DNA of 64,000 nt, taken from contig CAWFFN010000008.1 in the NCBI GenBank assembly GCA_963815115.1, forward strand, positions 782,177-846,176, given 5' to 3'. Below are positions 1 to 9,599 of this stretch, piece after piece. The position numbers were made by a program, and so were the translations under genes. The notes beneath the pieces are model-generated. The model did not search any database, was not told the origin of the DNA, and worked only from the letters and a program-made list of their open reading frames with translations. The stretch is from an uncultured delta proteobacterium. GTDB taxonomy: Bacteria > Desulfobacterota > Binatia > DP-6. Position 1 is the first letter of the stretch; each line of letters starts with the position of its first letter.

Positions 1-681
1 CGGCGGCCGCGATCGAACCGCCGTCTCCGAACATGGTCGCCGCCACCGGTAAAAACTTGCCGGGGCCACGCCCAACGCCCCACAGGCGGCCTGGACCCCC
101 ACGGCGTCGGCCAACGTCTGCGCCGTCGCCATCAGCTCCCGACCTCCTCGTCGCTCGGCGGCAGCCCCAGCAACTGTGAGACTTTTTTTTGAACGTCGAT
201 GATCACGTGCGCCTTGCGCAGCTCCTCCCGCAGCCGCGCGTTCTCCCGCTCCATCCCGGCGAGTCGCTTCGCCAACGGATGCGCCACCGCCTTGCGCCCG
301 CGCGCGTGCCCCGCCAGCCCGACCAACGCCCCCGCCTCGCGCTGCTGACGCCACACGCTCAGATGCGACGTGTAGAGCCCCTCGCGTCGCAGCAGCGCCC
401 CGATCTCCCCCGGCTCGCGACACCCGTCGGCCTCGGCCAGGAGCTGTCGCTTGTACTCGGCCGTGAACCGGCGCCGCTGCGCCTTCGCCGGAACCTCCGG
501 ATTCTTGCGGCCCGTCGGCGCCGGCGCGCCCGCAACTTCAGTCGCCCTACGGGCTCCTTCCGTTCCGGGCGCGCTTCCTGATCCCCCGCCATCCCTCACC
601 TTCACTCCCACCTCGCTCGCCTTCCTCCGTCCCCTCGTACACTAAATTCGGATCGCCTCCTCTCTCACGTTCATTGGCACA
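1..681 (-). mobile_element. IS3-family insertion sequence, left part (continues beyond window start)
   Basis: OrfA 132..611 (AQRRRFTAEYKRQLL...LLRREGLYTSHLSVWRQQR, leucine-zipper-like tail). OrfB starts at 132 via a TGATG overlap. A8 slippery run at 183-190. Probable left terminus TGTGCCAATG at 681 on the minus strand. Confidence 0.85.
132..611 (-). CDS. IS3-family transposase OrfA
   Basis: HTH RRRFTAEYK...LLRREGLYTSHL followed by coiled coil LAGMERENARLREELRKA; start codon uncertain. Confidence 0.85.
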   Translation of the reverse strand: MGVKVRDGGGSGSAPGTEGARRATEVAGAPAPTGRKNPEVPAKAQRRRFTAEYKRQLLAEADGCREPGEIGALLRREGLYTSHLSVWRQQREAGALVGLAGHARGRKAVAHPLAKRLAGMERENARLREELRKAHVIIDVQKKVSQLLGLPPSDEEVGS

Positions 682-1797
682 GGGGGGCTGTCGTATCAGG
701 TTCCCGAGTCGCCACAGGCCTTTCGCGCCGTCGTTCATGAAGCTCGCGCCTGCATTCGCGACGATGAAGTGCATGCATCCCGCCCGCGCGATCGGCGCCA
801 CCTGTTCGCAGATCTCCCGCGGACTGCCGGCATAGATGACCGTCTCGATGATGGCCGCCGTCATCGTCGCGGCTGCCTGGTCCACGTGCTCCCGGCCCAC
901 CCACGTCGGTACCAGATCCGGGAACCCACCGTGCGATGCCCCCAGCGGATGGCTCCGCCCATGCGCTCGCCACACGCTCGCCGGCGCCCCCAGCGCCATC
1001 GCCGCGCACACGAGGCTCCGGAGCGCCCGTTCGAGCACCTGCTCCCGGCTCTCCCCGAGCGCGACCAGCATCGTGTGCGTCGCCGTGAAGCGCTCGAGGC
1101 TCCGTCCCGCCTCCTCGGCGGCGCGGCGGATCACTCCGAGCCGCTTTGCGTACTCCTCACCCGATACGCGCTGCCCCGGCAGCCAGCCATCGCCGAAGCG
1201 GCCCGCGAGACGCAGCATGCGCGGATAGTGCGCGGCGACGAAGAGCCGCGGCGGCTTCCGGCCATACAACGGCAGGCCGAACACGGCGTCGCGCAGCGTC
1301 CAGAACCGCCCCGAGTAACTGACTGGCCGCCCGCCGCTCGCCCACAGCAGCCGAATGATCGTCAGCGCCTCCTCGAGCCGCTCGACGTTCTGCCCGTACG
1401 GCAGCCCGTACGGCTCGGTGTTCTCCCGGATGCCGTTGCCGATGCCGAGGATCGCGCGCCCCCGGGAGATGTGGTCGAGCGTCACGAACGACTGTGCAAG
1501 CGACATCGGGTGCCGGCGGATGCTCTCCGTGACCGACGTGCCGACGTCGACGCGCCGAATCCGCTTCGCGGTGAGCGCCAGCACCTGGAGCGGATCGAAG
1601 AGAGCGTCGATCGACGGCACGATCCGCGCCGCGGCCGTGATGCCCGGCCGCCAGACCTCCGGGGGCGTGAAGCTCATGAAGTGGTCGGGTACCCAGATCG
1701 CGGACGCGCCCATCAGCCGTGCCAGGCGCATATTGATCCGCGAGACCCAGAGTGGGTACACGCAGGCGTCTTGGTAGCCGACCGTCACGCGCGCCAT
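547..1797 (-). CDS. LLM-class flavin/F420-dependent oxidoreductase, C-terminus replaced by read-through into the IS3 end
   Basis: AIWVPDHF, DPLQVLAL, TLDHISRGRAILGIGNG, RMLRLAGRFGDGWLP; LLM-like sequence stops at about 682 where the IS begins. Confidence 0.8.
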   Translation of the reverse strand: MARVTVGYQDACVYPLWVSRINMRLARLMGASAIWVPDHFMSFTPPEVWRPGITAAARIVPSIDALFDPLQVLALTAKRIRRVDVGTSVTESIRRHPMSLAQSFVTLDHISRGRAILGIGNGIRENTEPYGLPYGQNVERLEEALTIIRLLWASGGRPVSYSGRFWTLRDAVFGLPLYGRKPPRLFVAAHYPRMLRLAGRFGDGWLPGQRVSGEEYAKRLGVIRRAAEEAGRSLERFTATHTMLVALGESREQVLERALRSLVCAAMALGAPASVWRAHGRSHPLGASHGGFPDLVPTWVGREHVDQAAATMTAAIIETVIYAGSPREICEQVAPIARAGCMHFIVANAGASFMNDGAKGLWRLGNLIRQPPCANERERGGDPNLVYEGTEEGERGGSEGEGWRGIRKRARNGRSP

Positions 1798-1859
1798 CGT
1801 TCGTCCATCGCCGGCCCGCATAGCATGCCGGCGGCGCCGACCCGCTGCAGGCCCCCGCT

Positions 1860-2292
1860 GTGACCTGGCGGGTGATCCAGTGGGCGACCGGCAACGTCGG
1901 CCGCGCGGCCGTTCAGGGCATCGTTTCCCATCCGGAGCTGGAGCTCGTCGGCGCCTGGGTGCAGCGCGGACAAGGCGGGACGCGACGTCGGCGAGCTGTG
2001 TGGCGTCGGTCCGCTCGGCGTCCGGGCCACGGCCGACGTCGACGAGATTTTGACGCTGCGGGCGGACTGCGTCGTCTACGCGCCCCTTCTGCCGCAGTTC
2101 GACGAGGTGGTCCGCCTGCTCGAGTCGGGAAAGAACGTTGTGACGCCCGTAGGCTGGTTCTATCCAGGGCGCTCGGCGGGCGTTGCGGAGCTGGAGGCCG
2201 CCTGCCGGACGGGCGGCGTGTCACTGCACGGCACCGGCATTCATCCCGGTGGGATCACGGAGCTCTTGCCGCTGACGCTCTCGGCGCTGTCT
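1860..2292 (+). pseudogene. Dihydrodipicolinate-reductase-like / 2,4-diaminopentanoate dehydrogenase family, N-terminal half only
   Basis: WRVIQWATGNVGRAAVQGIVSHPELELVG; after a frameshift ADCVVYAPL...LLESGKNVVTPVG...SLHGTGIHPGG; truncated near 2292. Confidence 0.7.
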
Positions 2293-2420
2293 TGCCATCC
2301 GCCCCGAGAGGGTCAGCATATTCAACGTCTCGGGCCAGTCGCCGCCCCACGACTCCGTGGTGACCAGCCGCTCGGGCGGCGTGACCTCTCGATACACGCC
2401 GCGCATCGCCATCTCGGTGC
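2285..2420 (-). pseudogene. SRPBCC/AHSA1 domain internal fragment
   Basis: MRGVYREVTPPERLVTTESWGGDWPETLNMLTLS...DGKT. Confidence 0.65.
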
Positions 2421-2571
2421 CGTCGGAACTGCGCCAGAACAGGGGGTACCGGGCGAATGGCGGCTATGCCGCCTCGTCGGCTGAGCCCGGGGCCGCGCGG
2501 CACGCGGGTATTGCGGCGGCCGCCGGAACAGCTTCGATGGCGGCTGCCTGCCCGTCGGACCCGCCACCACC

Positions 2572-2860
2572 ACCATCACCCCCGCCCGCTTCGACGCCGT
2601 CATCTTCGACCTCGACGGCGTCGTGACGCACACCGCACAGACAGACGCCGCTGCCTGGAAGCGCACCTTCGACGAGTTCCTCGCCGGCCACGCCGGGGAG
2701 CGCCCCGTCGTTCCCTTCAGCGACGAAGACTACCGGTCGTTCGTCGACGGCCGCCCCGGGTCTCGACGGGGGGGCGTTTCTCGCGTCGCGCGGCATCGCG
2801 CTTCCCGAAGGAACGCCCGACGACGCCCCAGGGAGCGCCACCGTGTGGGCGCGTCCGTGG
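2572..2860 (+). pseudogene. HAD hydrolase (beta-phosphoglucomutase-like) N-terminal fragment
   Basis: FDAVIFDLDGVVTHTA...AWKRTFDEFL...DYRSFVDGRP; HAD motif I DxD; degenerates after about 2760. Confidence 0.7.
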
Positions 2861-2907
2861 CGACCGGCGGTCGTGGCGGAACCCAGTTTGCTGCTAGGTT
2901 CGTCGGC

Positions 2908-3339
2908 ATGAACCCACTCCTCGAAAGCGTCATGGGTCCGCTGCTCACCGTGCACCAGTGGCTCTACGAGAACACCGATGGACGGATCGGCGCGAGCCTC
3001 GGGGGCCGGCCGATGCTGCTTCTGCGCACCGTCGGGCGTCGTAGCCGTGAGCCCCGCACCGCCGCGCTGCTCTACGTGCGCGATGGGAACGCGTACGCGG
3101 TGATCGCGTCGAAGGGTGGCGCGCCGCACCACCCGGGGTGGTTCCACAACCTCACCGCTCAGCCCGACGTGGAGATCCAGGTGGGCCGCGCGCGGATCCC
3201 GGTGCGCGCCCGGGTCGCCGAGGGCGAGGAGCGCTCCCGACTCTGGGCGCGCGCGGACGAGATCAACCAGGGCCAGTACGCCACGTACCAGTGCCGCACG
3301 AGCCGCGTGATCCCGGTCGTGGTGCTCGAGCCGCGCTGA
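2908..3339 (+). CDS. Deazaflavin (F420)-dependent nitroreductase family protein (Ddn-like)
   Basis: LLLRTVGRRSREPRTAALLY, IASKGGAPHHPGWFHNLTAQPDVEIQVG, YQCRTSRVIPVVVLEP. Confidence 0.9.
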   Translation: MNPLLESVMGPLLTVHQWLYENTDGRIGASLGGRPMLLLRTVGRRSREPRTAALLYVRDGNAYAVIASKGGAPHHPGWFHNLTAQPDVEIQVGRARIPVRARVAEGEERSRLWARADEINQGQYATYQCRTSRVIPVVVLEPR

Positions 3340-3399
3340 GCGCTCGGGATCCCCAATGGTGAGTGCACTCGGCGCCTACCGTCGAAGGAGGACCGCAGG

Positions 3400-3760
3400 A
3401 TGCGACGACTCATCGTGCTGCCGATCCTGGTCCCGCTGTTCGCCCCGGCCTCGACGAGCGACGCCGCCCAGTGCACCACCCGCAACGAGGCCCGGAGCGT
3501 CTGCAAGGTCCTTCGCCGCCGCATCGCCTGCAACCAGTGTGCGTTCCGCTCCGCCCCTTCGGGCTCGTGCCTGAGGCCCCCCGCCCCGTCCGCGTGCGCC
3601 GGGACCATCGTCGACGACGCGGTGGCGCTCACCTTCGGCGATAACCTGCTCCCCGCGCACACGTCGACCGCCGCGCGCTCCGGAGCCAGCGGTGCTGCCA
3701 GAAGCAGATCGGCAAGGCGGTCGGCAAGTTCCTCCGCCAGCTCCGCCACGACGGGCCGTA
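3400..3760 (+). pseudogene. Secreted Cys-rich protein, N-terminal fragment
   Basis: RBS GAAGGAGG, signal-peptide-like MRRLIVLPILVPLFAPA, spaced Cys residues, CQKQIGKAVGKF in another frame; truncated. Confidence 0.4.
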
Positions 3761-3859
3761 AGCGCGAGCGACGAGCGCACGGGATACAGCTTCGGCGACT
3801 CGCCTCCCCCGGTGTCTACCGCCGGTTGAGGGTGCGAGCGTCGCAGCACGGGCTCGCGA

Positions 3860-4156
3860 TCACGGAGGTGCGCGCCATCCGCAAACGCGACTCCTATCTT
3901 GCGGCTCAGTACCGCCGGCTCGTCAAGCGGCGCGGCGACAAGAAGGCCGTCATCGCGGTCGCCCACAGCATCCTGATCATCGCCTACACGTCCTGCGGAA
4001 CGGGCAGTCCCATCGCGAACTTGGCGGCGCCTACTTCGACCACCTGAATGCCCAGCGCCTCACCCGGTATCACACGACACGCCTCGCCGCGCTCGGCTAC
4101 ACGGTGACCCTCAGGAAGCACGCGGCCTGACACCGCCCTCCTTTTTCGTAGTATCG
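3860..4156 (+). mobile_element. IS110-family transposase C-terminal remnant with right end
   Basis: DSYLAAQYRRLVKRRGDKKAVIAVAHSILIIAY...ELGGAYFDHL...RLAALGYTVTL, stop at 4130, followed by TTTTCGTAGTATCG. Confidence 0.8.
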
Positions 4157-4167
4157 ACCAAGCCCCG

Positions 4168-6573
4168 CTAATGCTTCTCGGTCAGGTGGATCACGCTCAG
4201 ATTGGGATCGCTCTGGATTGCGCCCTCCGTGAAAGGCATATCCACCCAGCCCGACGCGGAGAAGAGCCGCGTCATATCGGCGAAGTGCGGGTTCTCAGGG
4301 TCGGTCGATTGCGAGTACGTCACCACGGCGCGTGCGTCGGGACCGCTGCGGGTGAAGGTGACCGCCTGGATGTAGCTCGATCCGCTGACGATCGGCGTGA
4401 AGCCTACGCCGGGGATCAACGCAGCCGGGCTGATGGCGTTGTAGACGCCCGAGGTGCCCGAGCCGCCGTGGATCGGAATGGTCTCTCCGCCGCGCGTGTC
4501 GAACTGGATTTCCCCCCACGCGACGTTGAGCGGAATGTTGGCATCCGCAAAGCGCTTCACGGCCGCCGCGAGGTCGCTCATGATCCTGGCGCGCACGCTC
4601 ACGCTCGCGAGGTTGACGCCGCGCGGCGTATTCACCGGGTCAGCGGGATCGAAGGGCACCGCAAAGAGGTTCGGGGCGTTGCTCGCCCGGTTCCAGAACT
4701 CGGTCCAGAGGTGCGGCCCGACGCTGGTGAGCTTGTTCGCACGATCCCAGGCCGCGAGGACGTCGCACGCCTCGGTCACATCCACGATCTGGCCGCCGAC
4801 ATTCACGAGGTGGCTCTCCTCCGCGCAGAGAGTGAGGACACCGTCGAGCATGATCTCGGCGCTGTAGTGGCGGTCGGCGAAGAGCACGTCCTGGAGCCAC
4901 TGCCGGCCGAAGCCGGTCCCGGGCAGGCCGTCGGTGCCCGCCTGGCGGTCACGGATCTGGGTGATGCCCAGGCGGGTGCGGAAGCTCTGCGGGCGCCCCT
5001 CGTCGGTCCCGATGATCTGCGGGAAGCCCTCCAGCCTCGCGTCGGGATTCGCGAGCCAGTAGCTGTCGTTCGAGTTCTGGACGAAGTCACGGCGCTCCAG
5101 GCTGGGCAGGTTGCCGGGGCCGAAGATGCCGGTTTGCGGCGCGTCGGCGTCGGAGCCGAGGTCGCACTGCGAGGTCGAGCCGTCGAGCGTGTACACGCGC
5201 GCCGAGGAGAGCGCCAGGGCGACGGGCGTGTCCGCGCACGCGGCGAGCTTGGCCTTCGTGACGTGCGGCACCGTGCTGATGTCGCCGTAGAAAGCGTCCC
5301 CCTGGCGGTCGGCTGCGATCGTATTGACCCAGGGGAGCGCGAGATTTGTCCGCAGGGCCTGAGCAAACTCGTCGAGATTCCGTGCGGTCCCCATCTCGCG
5401 GAACTGCTTGAGCCCACGCACGTTCCCGAGGTTCACATCCGTGAGGGCGTACGCTCGCTGCGTGGACCACACGGCCAGCGGCGGCAGCACCATCACGGGG
5501 CCGAATTGCGTCATGTAGAAGGTGTGGTCGACGCTCGCGACCGACCCGTCCGCCTGGAGCACGTCGACGCTCACCACCTCCGGTTTCATCGGCACCACCT
5601 GGCCATCGAAAACGTAGGACGTCGGAGCGCCCGCCGCCAGAGTGAGCTCTCGCACCACGAAGTGCCGCGCCGTCGAGACCGTGTGGCTCCAGGCGATGTC
5701 GCGGTTGAAGCCGATGCTCACGAGAGGGAAGCCATAGATCGCGGAGCCCATCACGTCGTAGCGGCCGGGAATGGTCAGGTGGACGGCGTGGAAGCGCTCG
5801 ATCCCGAACCAGGGGAAGTGTGGGTTGCCGAGCAGCGCACCAGCGCCACCCGTGAGGTCGCCGCCGAGCGCGACGGCGTTGCTACCGAAGTGCTCGGTGT
5901 TGGTGTCGGGCAGCTCGACCGCGGCGAGCAGGCGCTTCGCCCGCTGGCCGTTCGTCACCCGCGCTAGGGATGCCGACATCGCGGCCCCGCCGGTCGCCTT
6001 GGCGACCGGCACCGCGGGCGGCACGGCGCCAACGAGGGAGGAGATGAAGTTGGCGGTCCCCGCGCGTAGCGTGAGCTTCTTCAGCACCTTGAGCATGTCG
6101 AACTCATCGATCGGCCGCACCCAGGCGGCGCCGCGGCAGTCGGCGGCGAGCGCGTCCACACCCGTGTCGCGGAGATAGCGGTTGTAGCCGTCCGCGTAAC
6201 CGCGCAGGAGGTCCTGCGTGTCGGTGTCGAGGCTCTCCCAGTCTGCGCGCGTCAGCGCGTCGGTGTTGACCAGCCCGTACACGAAATCCGAGGCGAGATT
6301 GCCGCCCTGCGGGCCGAAGAAGCGCGACTTGGTTCCGGTCGCGACGAGGACGTCACCGGCCAGTACACAGATGTTGTCCTGCGCGAACGCGTACCCGTAG
6401 CCGTAGCCGAGGCTCCCCCAGTCCGAGGCGCGCACGTGCGGGATGCCGAAGGACGTGCGCCGCACCTTTGCCTGGTAGTGGACCTTGGCATTTTTCGCAT
6501 GAACGATCTCTCCGTTGGAGACGAGCACGAGCGCCGAGACGGTGAGCGTGACGAGCACGGAAGAGCAACGCAT
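4168..6573 (-). CDS. Penicillin acylase family Ntn-hydrolase, PvdQ/QuiP-like acyl-homoserine-lactone acylase, secreted
   Basis: Signal peptide; RRTSFGIPHVRA, GYGYAFAQDNIC, beta-chain start GSNAVALG...LLGNPHFPW, WVNTIAAD, QNSNDSYW, TYSQS. Confidence 0.9.
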   Translation of the reverse strand: MRCSSVLVTLTVSALVLVSNGEIVHAKNAKVHYQAKVRRTSFGIPHVRASDWGSLGYGYGYAFAQDNICVLAGDVLVATGTKSRFFGPQGGNLASDFVYGLVNTDALTRADWESLDTDTQDLLRGYADGYNRYLRDTGVDALAADCRGAAWVRPIDEFDMLKVLKKLTLRAGTANFISSLVGAVPPAVPVAKATGGAAMSASLARVTNGQRAKRLLAAVELPDTNTEHFGSNAVALGGDLTGGAGALLGNPHFPWFGIERFHAVHLTIPGRYDVMGSAIYGFPLVSIGFNRDIAWSHTVSTARHFVVRELTLAAGAPTSYVFDGQVVPMKPEVVSVDVLQADGSVASVDHTFYMTQFGPVMVLPPLAVWSTQRAYALTDVNLGNVRGLKQFREMGTARNLDEFAQALRTNLALPWVNTIAADRQGDAFYGDISTVPHVTKAKLAACADTPVALALSSARVYTLDGSTSQCDLGSDADAPQTGIFGPGNLPSLERRDFVQNSNDSYWLANPDARLEGFPQIIGTDEGRPQSFRTRLGITQIRDRQAGTDGLPGTGFGRQWLQDVLFADRHYSAEIMLDGVLTLCAEESHLVNVGGQIVDVTEACDVLAAWDRANKLTSVGPHLWTEFWNRASNAPNLFAVPFDPADPVNTPRGVNLASVSVRARIMSDLAAAVKRFADANIPLNVAWGEIQFDTRGGETIPIHGGSGTSGVYNAISPAALIPGVGFTPIVSGSSYIQAVTFTRSGPDARAVVTYSQSTDPENPHFADMTRLFSASGWVDMPFTEGAIQSDPNLSVIHLTEKH

Positions 6574-6859
6574 GGCGGGCTCCTTTCGGGGTCACTTGGC
6601 CCCCATCTCGGGGACGGATTGATCGACCGGACCGGGCGGGCCGCCCTCCGAGCTGCTCACACACCTCGCCTATCACCCGTAACGACCAAACCGTCAAGCC
6701 ACCCATGCCCCGCCGCCGATCGACGTCTGCGCCTGGCCCAGGGCGTCCCGCTCGACGCAATGATCGGGTGCTACCAGCTCGCCCGTGTGATCTGGGCAGG
6801 GGAGCCGCTGTCGGGGGAGAGATGCAGGACGACGCGCGACGATTCACGGGCACGAAGGC

Positions 6860-7010
6860 GGCCGTGCGGCCCCTTCGACCGCACCGAGCACCGATTGATC
6901 GTCCATGAGATTGGCGGACACGACATCGGCCTCCGCCGCCACCGCCGCGACAGAGGCTGCGACGGTCGCGCCAGCATCCGCGACGGGCGCATCTTCGCGG
7001 CCGTCCGGGC
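6860..7010 (-). pseudogene. NAD(P)-dependent 3-hydroxyisobutyrate/6-phosphogluconate dehydrogenase-like fragment
   Basis: AGATVAASVAAVAAEADVVSANLMDDQSV. Confidence 0.5.
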
Positions 7011-7071
7011 GACAGCCCCGTTGCACCGGACGCAGGCCGATTTTAGGAGGTGCGAGCGCGCGCGCCTGGCG

Positions 7072-7295
7072 ATGAGCTGCGACGGACTGACAGGCTGGCT
7101 CAAGCATCTCGTGGGACGACAGCCCTTCTTCCCGCATCAGATGTCGTTCATCCTGGAGCTTCCGGCGCGGCGGCTCTTGATCACACCGTCACAGCTGGCG
7201 GACCGACTGCATCTGGCGCCGAGCTCGAAGGTGCTCGAGGTCGGCTGCGGTTCGGGCGTGTTCAGCGTCGAGGTGGCGCGACACCTGCCCGCCCT
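7072..7295 (+). pseudogene. Class I SAM methyltransferase N-terminal fragment
   Basis: LADRLHLAPSSKVLEVGCGSGVFSVEVAR (motif I), cut off just after. Confidence 0.65.
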
Positions 7296-7314
7296 GGAGC
7301 TACACCGCAAACTT

Positions 7315-7425
7315 CCGGCGACCGTGATCCCGATGACCTACGGGCGCGATGTCGACTGGGCCCGTAATCTCGTCAAGGCGCGCGCCGGCGAGGTCGTCCA
7401 GCTGGGCCGGCGCTTCACCCTCGCC
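7315..7425 (+). pseudogene. Second deazaflavin-dependent nitroreductase family fragment
   Basis: VIPMTYGRDVDWARNLVKA resembles the YG..DW.RN motif of this family. Confidence 0.5.
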
Positions 7426-7631
7426 TTACCCTCTCCCATCTCGTGGTGCAGGTTCCGTGCCGGTGCCGCGACGCCACTCTGCGTGCCGTTCCGGATCGAG
7501 GCACGAGCAGACGATTCCCAGGGATGAAAGTCGTCGGCAGTCCGGCGGTTCCGCCGGTGAGCAACGGCATCAGGTTCCCCGGCGGCCCCGCGTCGCCAGT
7601 TGGTGATTGCAGGGACGGCACGCCGGGAGGT

Positions 7632-7982
7632 ATGGCCTCGCGGATGGTTGATGCGACGATCCCATCCGCCGAGGCCCTCGAGATCGGTTCCCTGCTCGCG
7701 TACGCGGAGCAGGGAATCGCCAGCCGCGTGCTCGCCAAGACCGGCGGTGGAAACGTGACGCTGTTCGCGTTCGATACCGGGCAGGGGCTCAGTGAGCACA
7801 CGGCGCCGTTCGACGCGCTCGTGTTCGTGCTGGACGGAGGGCTGACGCTCACCGTCGGCGGGCGCCCCGTCGCCGCCCTGCCCGGCACGGTCGTCCGCAT
7901 GCCCGCCCACGTGCCGCACGCCCTCGAAGCGACGTCGCGCACGAAGGTGCTGCTCGTCATGCTGCGCGTGCAGGGCGAGTGA
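7632..7982 (+). CDS. Cupin domain protein
   Basis: RBS GGAGG; NVTLFAFDTGQGLSEHTAPFDALVFVLDG...MPAHVPHAL. Confidence 0.9.
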   Translation: MASRMVDATIPSAEALEIGSLLAYAEQGIASRVLAKTGGGNVTLFAFDTGQGLSEHTAPFDALVFVLDGGLTLTVGGRPVAALPGTVVRMPAHVPHALEATSRTKVLLVMLRVQGE

Positions 7983-8149
7983 GCACCGCCGCTCGCAACG
8001 TTGATGCGCCAGAAAGACTCACCGCAGCGGCGCGGAGACGCGGAGATAGTGTGCTTGAGATTTGTGTCCGCGGTTGAATCTTCTCGAGGCCGCTTCTTCT
8101 CATCGGGTCGCGTTGAAGCGCGTCGTGGCGCTCTAACCCGAGGGATGAA

Positions 8150-8385
8150 ATGACACCGCGGCCACCAATGATCGACGGACGGATCGTTCTGCCGGACGAT
8201 CGTCGGCTCGGCTTCGCGGAGTTCGGCGCGCCGACCGGGAAGCCGGTGTCCTGGTTCCACCGCACGCCGGGCGCGCGGCGCCAGATCCCGCCTGAGGCGC
8301 GTCTGGGGGCGCAACGGCTCGGGGTCCGCTTGATCGCCCTCGATCGACCGGGAGTGGGCGATTCGACGCCGCATCGCGCCGCGCG
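8150..8385 (+). pseudogene. Alpha/beta hydrolase N-terminal fragment
   Basis: LPDDRRLGFAEFGAPTGKPVSWFH.TPGARR...RLIALDRPGVGDST; ends before the nucleophile elbow. Confidence 0.7.
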
Positions 8386-8399
8386 TCGCGGGCGGCGGA

Positions 8400-8935
8400 C
8401 TCTAGGGTGGCACCCCTTGCCGAAGGGCGTGGCCTTCCTGCCGCGCTACGCCACTGTGTCGGCCGCGGCCAACCATCGCTACCTCGATGCCCTGGCCGTC
8501 GTCGACGACCCCGCCCCCGCTCATCGTGCCCTCGACCGCCTCGTGCAGCCAGTGCGGGATCGCCACGGCCGGTCGTCGAGTGCCTTCAAGCCCACGACCA
8601 CCCCCGTCGTCACCCTGTTCGCCGCTGTGCTCCGTGGGGAGCACACGCTCCAGGGCTTCCGCAACCGCGAGCTGCGGCACGCGGCTGTTCGGTCCCACTG
8701 CTGCTGCCGATCGCCGGCGCAGCGGACAGGTCTCACGCCTTGTCAAACGGCTTCACCTGCGCGGCCTGGTCGCGAAGATTCCTCGCTCGTGCCGCTGGCG
8801 GATCACCCAACTCGGACATGCCCTCCTGAGCGCGGCCATCCAGCTCCGCGAGGAGGCGTTCCCCACCGCCTTCCTCAAGACCGCCGCGTGACGCGGCAAG
8901 ATGTCCGCACGTTGCAGAGAACTCGGACAGGAAGA
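8400..8935 (+). mobile_element. C-terminal remnant of a putative transposase-like protein with winged HTH (poorly classified IS-like family)
   Basis: KGVAFLPRYATVSAAANHRYLDALAVVDDP...VLRGEHTLQGFRNRELR / frameshift / VSRLVKRLHLRGLVAKIPRSCRWRIT...AA, stop at 8891. Family recognised from memory; mobility is inferred. Confidence 0.5.
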
Positions 8936-8946
8936 GTCCATCTGCC

Positions 8947-9495
8947 TCAGAAGTCGCGTTCGATCCGCAACGCGACGATAGTGGTTGCGAGGCTATCGTA
9001 TTGCGCCACGAGCAAGCAGAATTCGATCATCCGGCGGTCGTCGAGATGTGCCGCCAGCGCAGCCCAGGTGGTGTCGTCGAGGTCCTTGGTCTCGATGAGG
9101 GAACCGACAGCCGTCAATAACGCGCGGTGTCGCGGGCTCCATCCTTCGGCACCGGGTCCCGTCAGGATGCGCTCCAGGATCTCGGCGGTGACCCCGGCGC
9201 GGCGTCCCAGGCGAACGTGATGGTCCATCTCGTACTGGCAACCGCGCAGGTGTGCGACGCGGAGTATCACCAGCTCCGTCTCATGACGCGACAGCTTGCC
9301 GCCGGGCATGAGCTTGCCGGAGAAGTGGAGCCAACCTCGGAACAGCCCCTTGGTGCGACCGAGCGTACTGAACAGATGGACATCGCGTACTCCGGCGCCG
9401 AGGGACAAAATCCTCCACAGCCCCCAGTTAATGAGGCCGAGCTCCTTGAAGCGTCCGGGAGGGATGCGGGATGCCGACGCGTTGCCGGTACTCAC
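8947..9495 (-). CDS. Carboxymuconolactone decarboxylase / AhpD-like protein
   Basis: GKLSRHETELVILRVAHLRGCQYEMDHHVRLGRRAG; GTG start with AAAGGA RBS. Confidence 0.85.
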   Translation of the reverse strand: MSTGNASASRIPPGRFKELGLINWGLWRILSLGAGVRDVHLFSTLGRTKGLFRGWLHFSGKLMPGGKLSRHETELVILRVAHLRGCQYEMDHHVRLGRRAGVTAEILERILTGPGAEGWSPRHRALLTAVGSLIETKDLDDTTWAALAAHLDDRRMIEFCLLVAQYDSLATTIVALRIERDF

Positions 9496-9599
9496 CTTGT
9501 CCTTTCGGGCAGCGCGGTGGATTCCGGAAAGCACGGTGATCAACCGAGGAACTTCGGTGGATCCGAACTTCGCGATCGTGACGCCGTGAGCGCGCCGCC

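Noticed and set aside
2623-3339. HAD-nitroreductase fusion (238 aa)
   Set aside because: The HAD part is a decayed fragment, and the nitroreductase is complete from its own ATG at 2908
8019-8076. CACCGCAGCGGCGCGGAGACGCGGAGA...CCGCGGT REP-like element
   Set aside because: Only one degenerate copy noticed in the window, insufficient to call a repeat family
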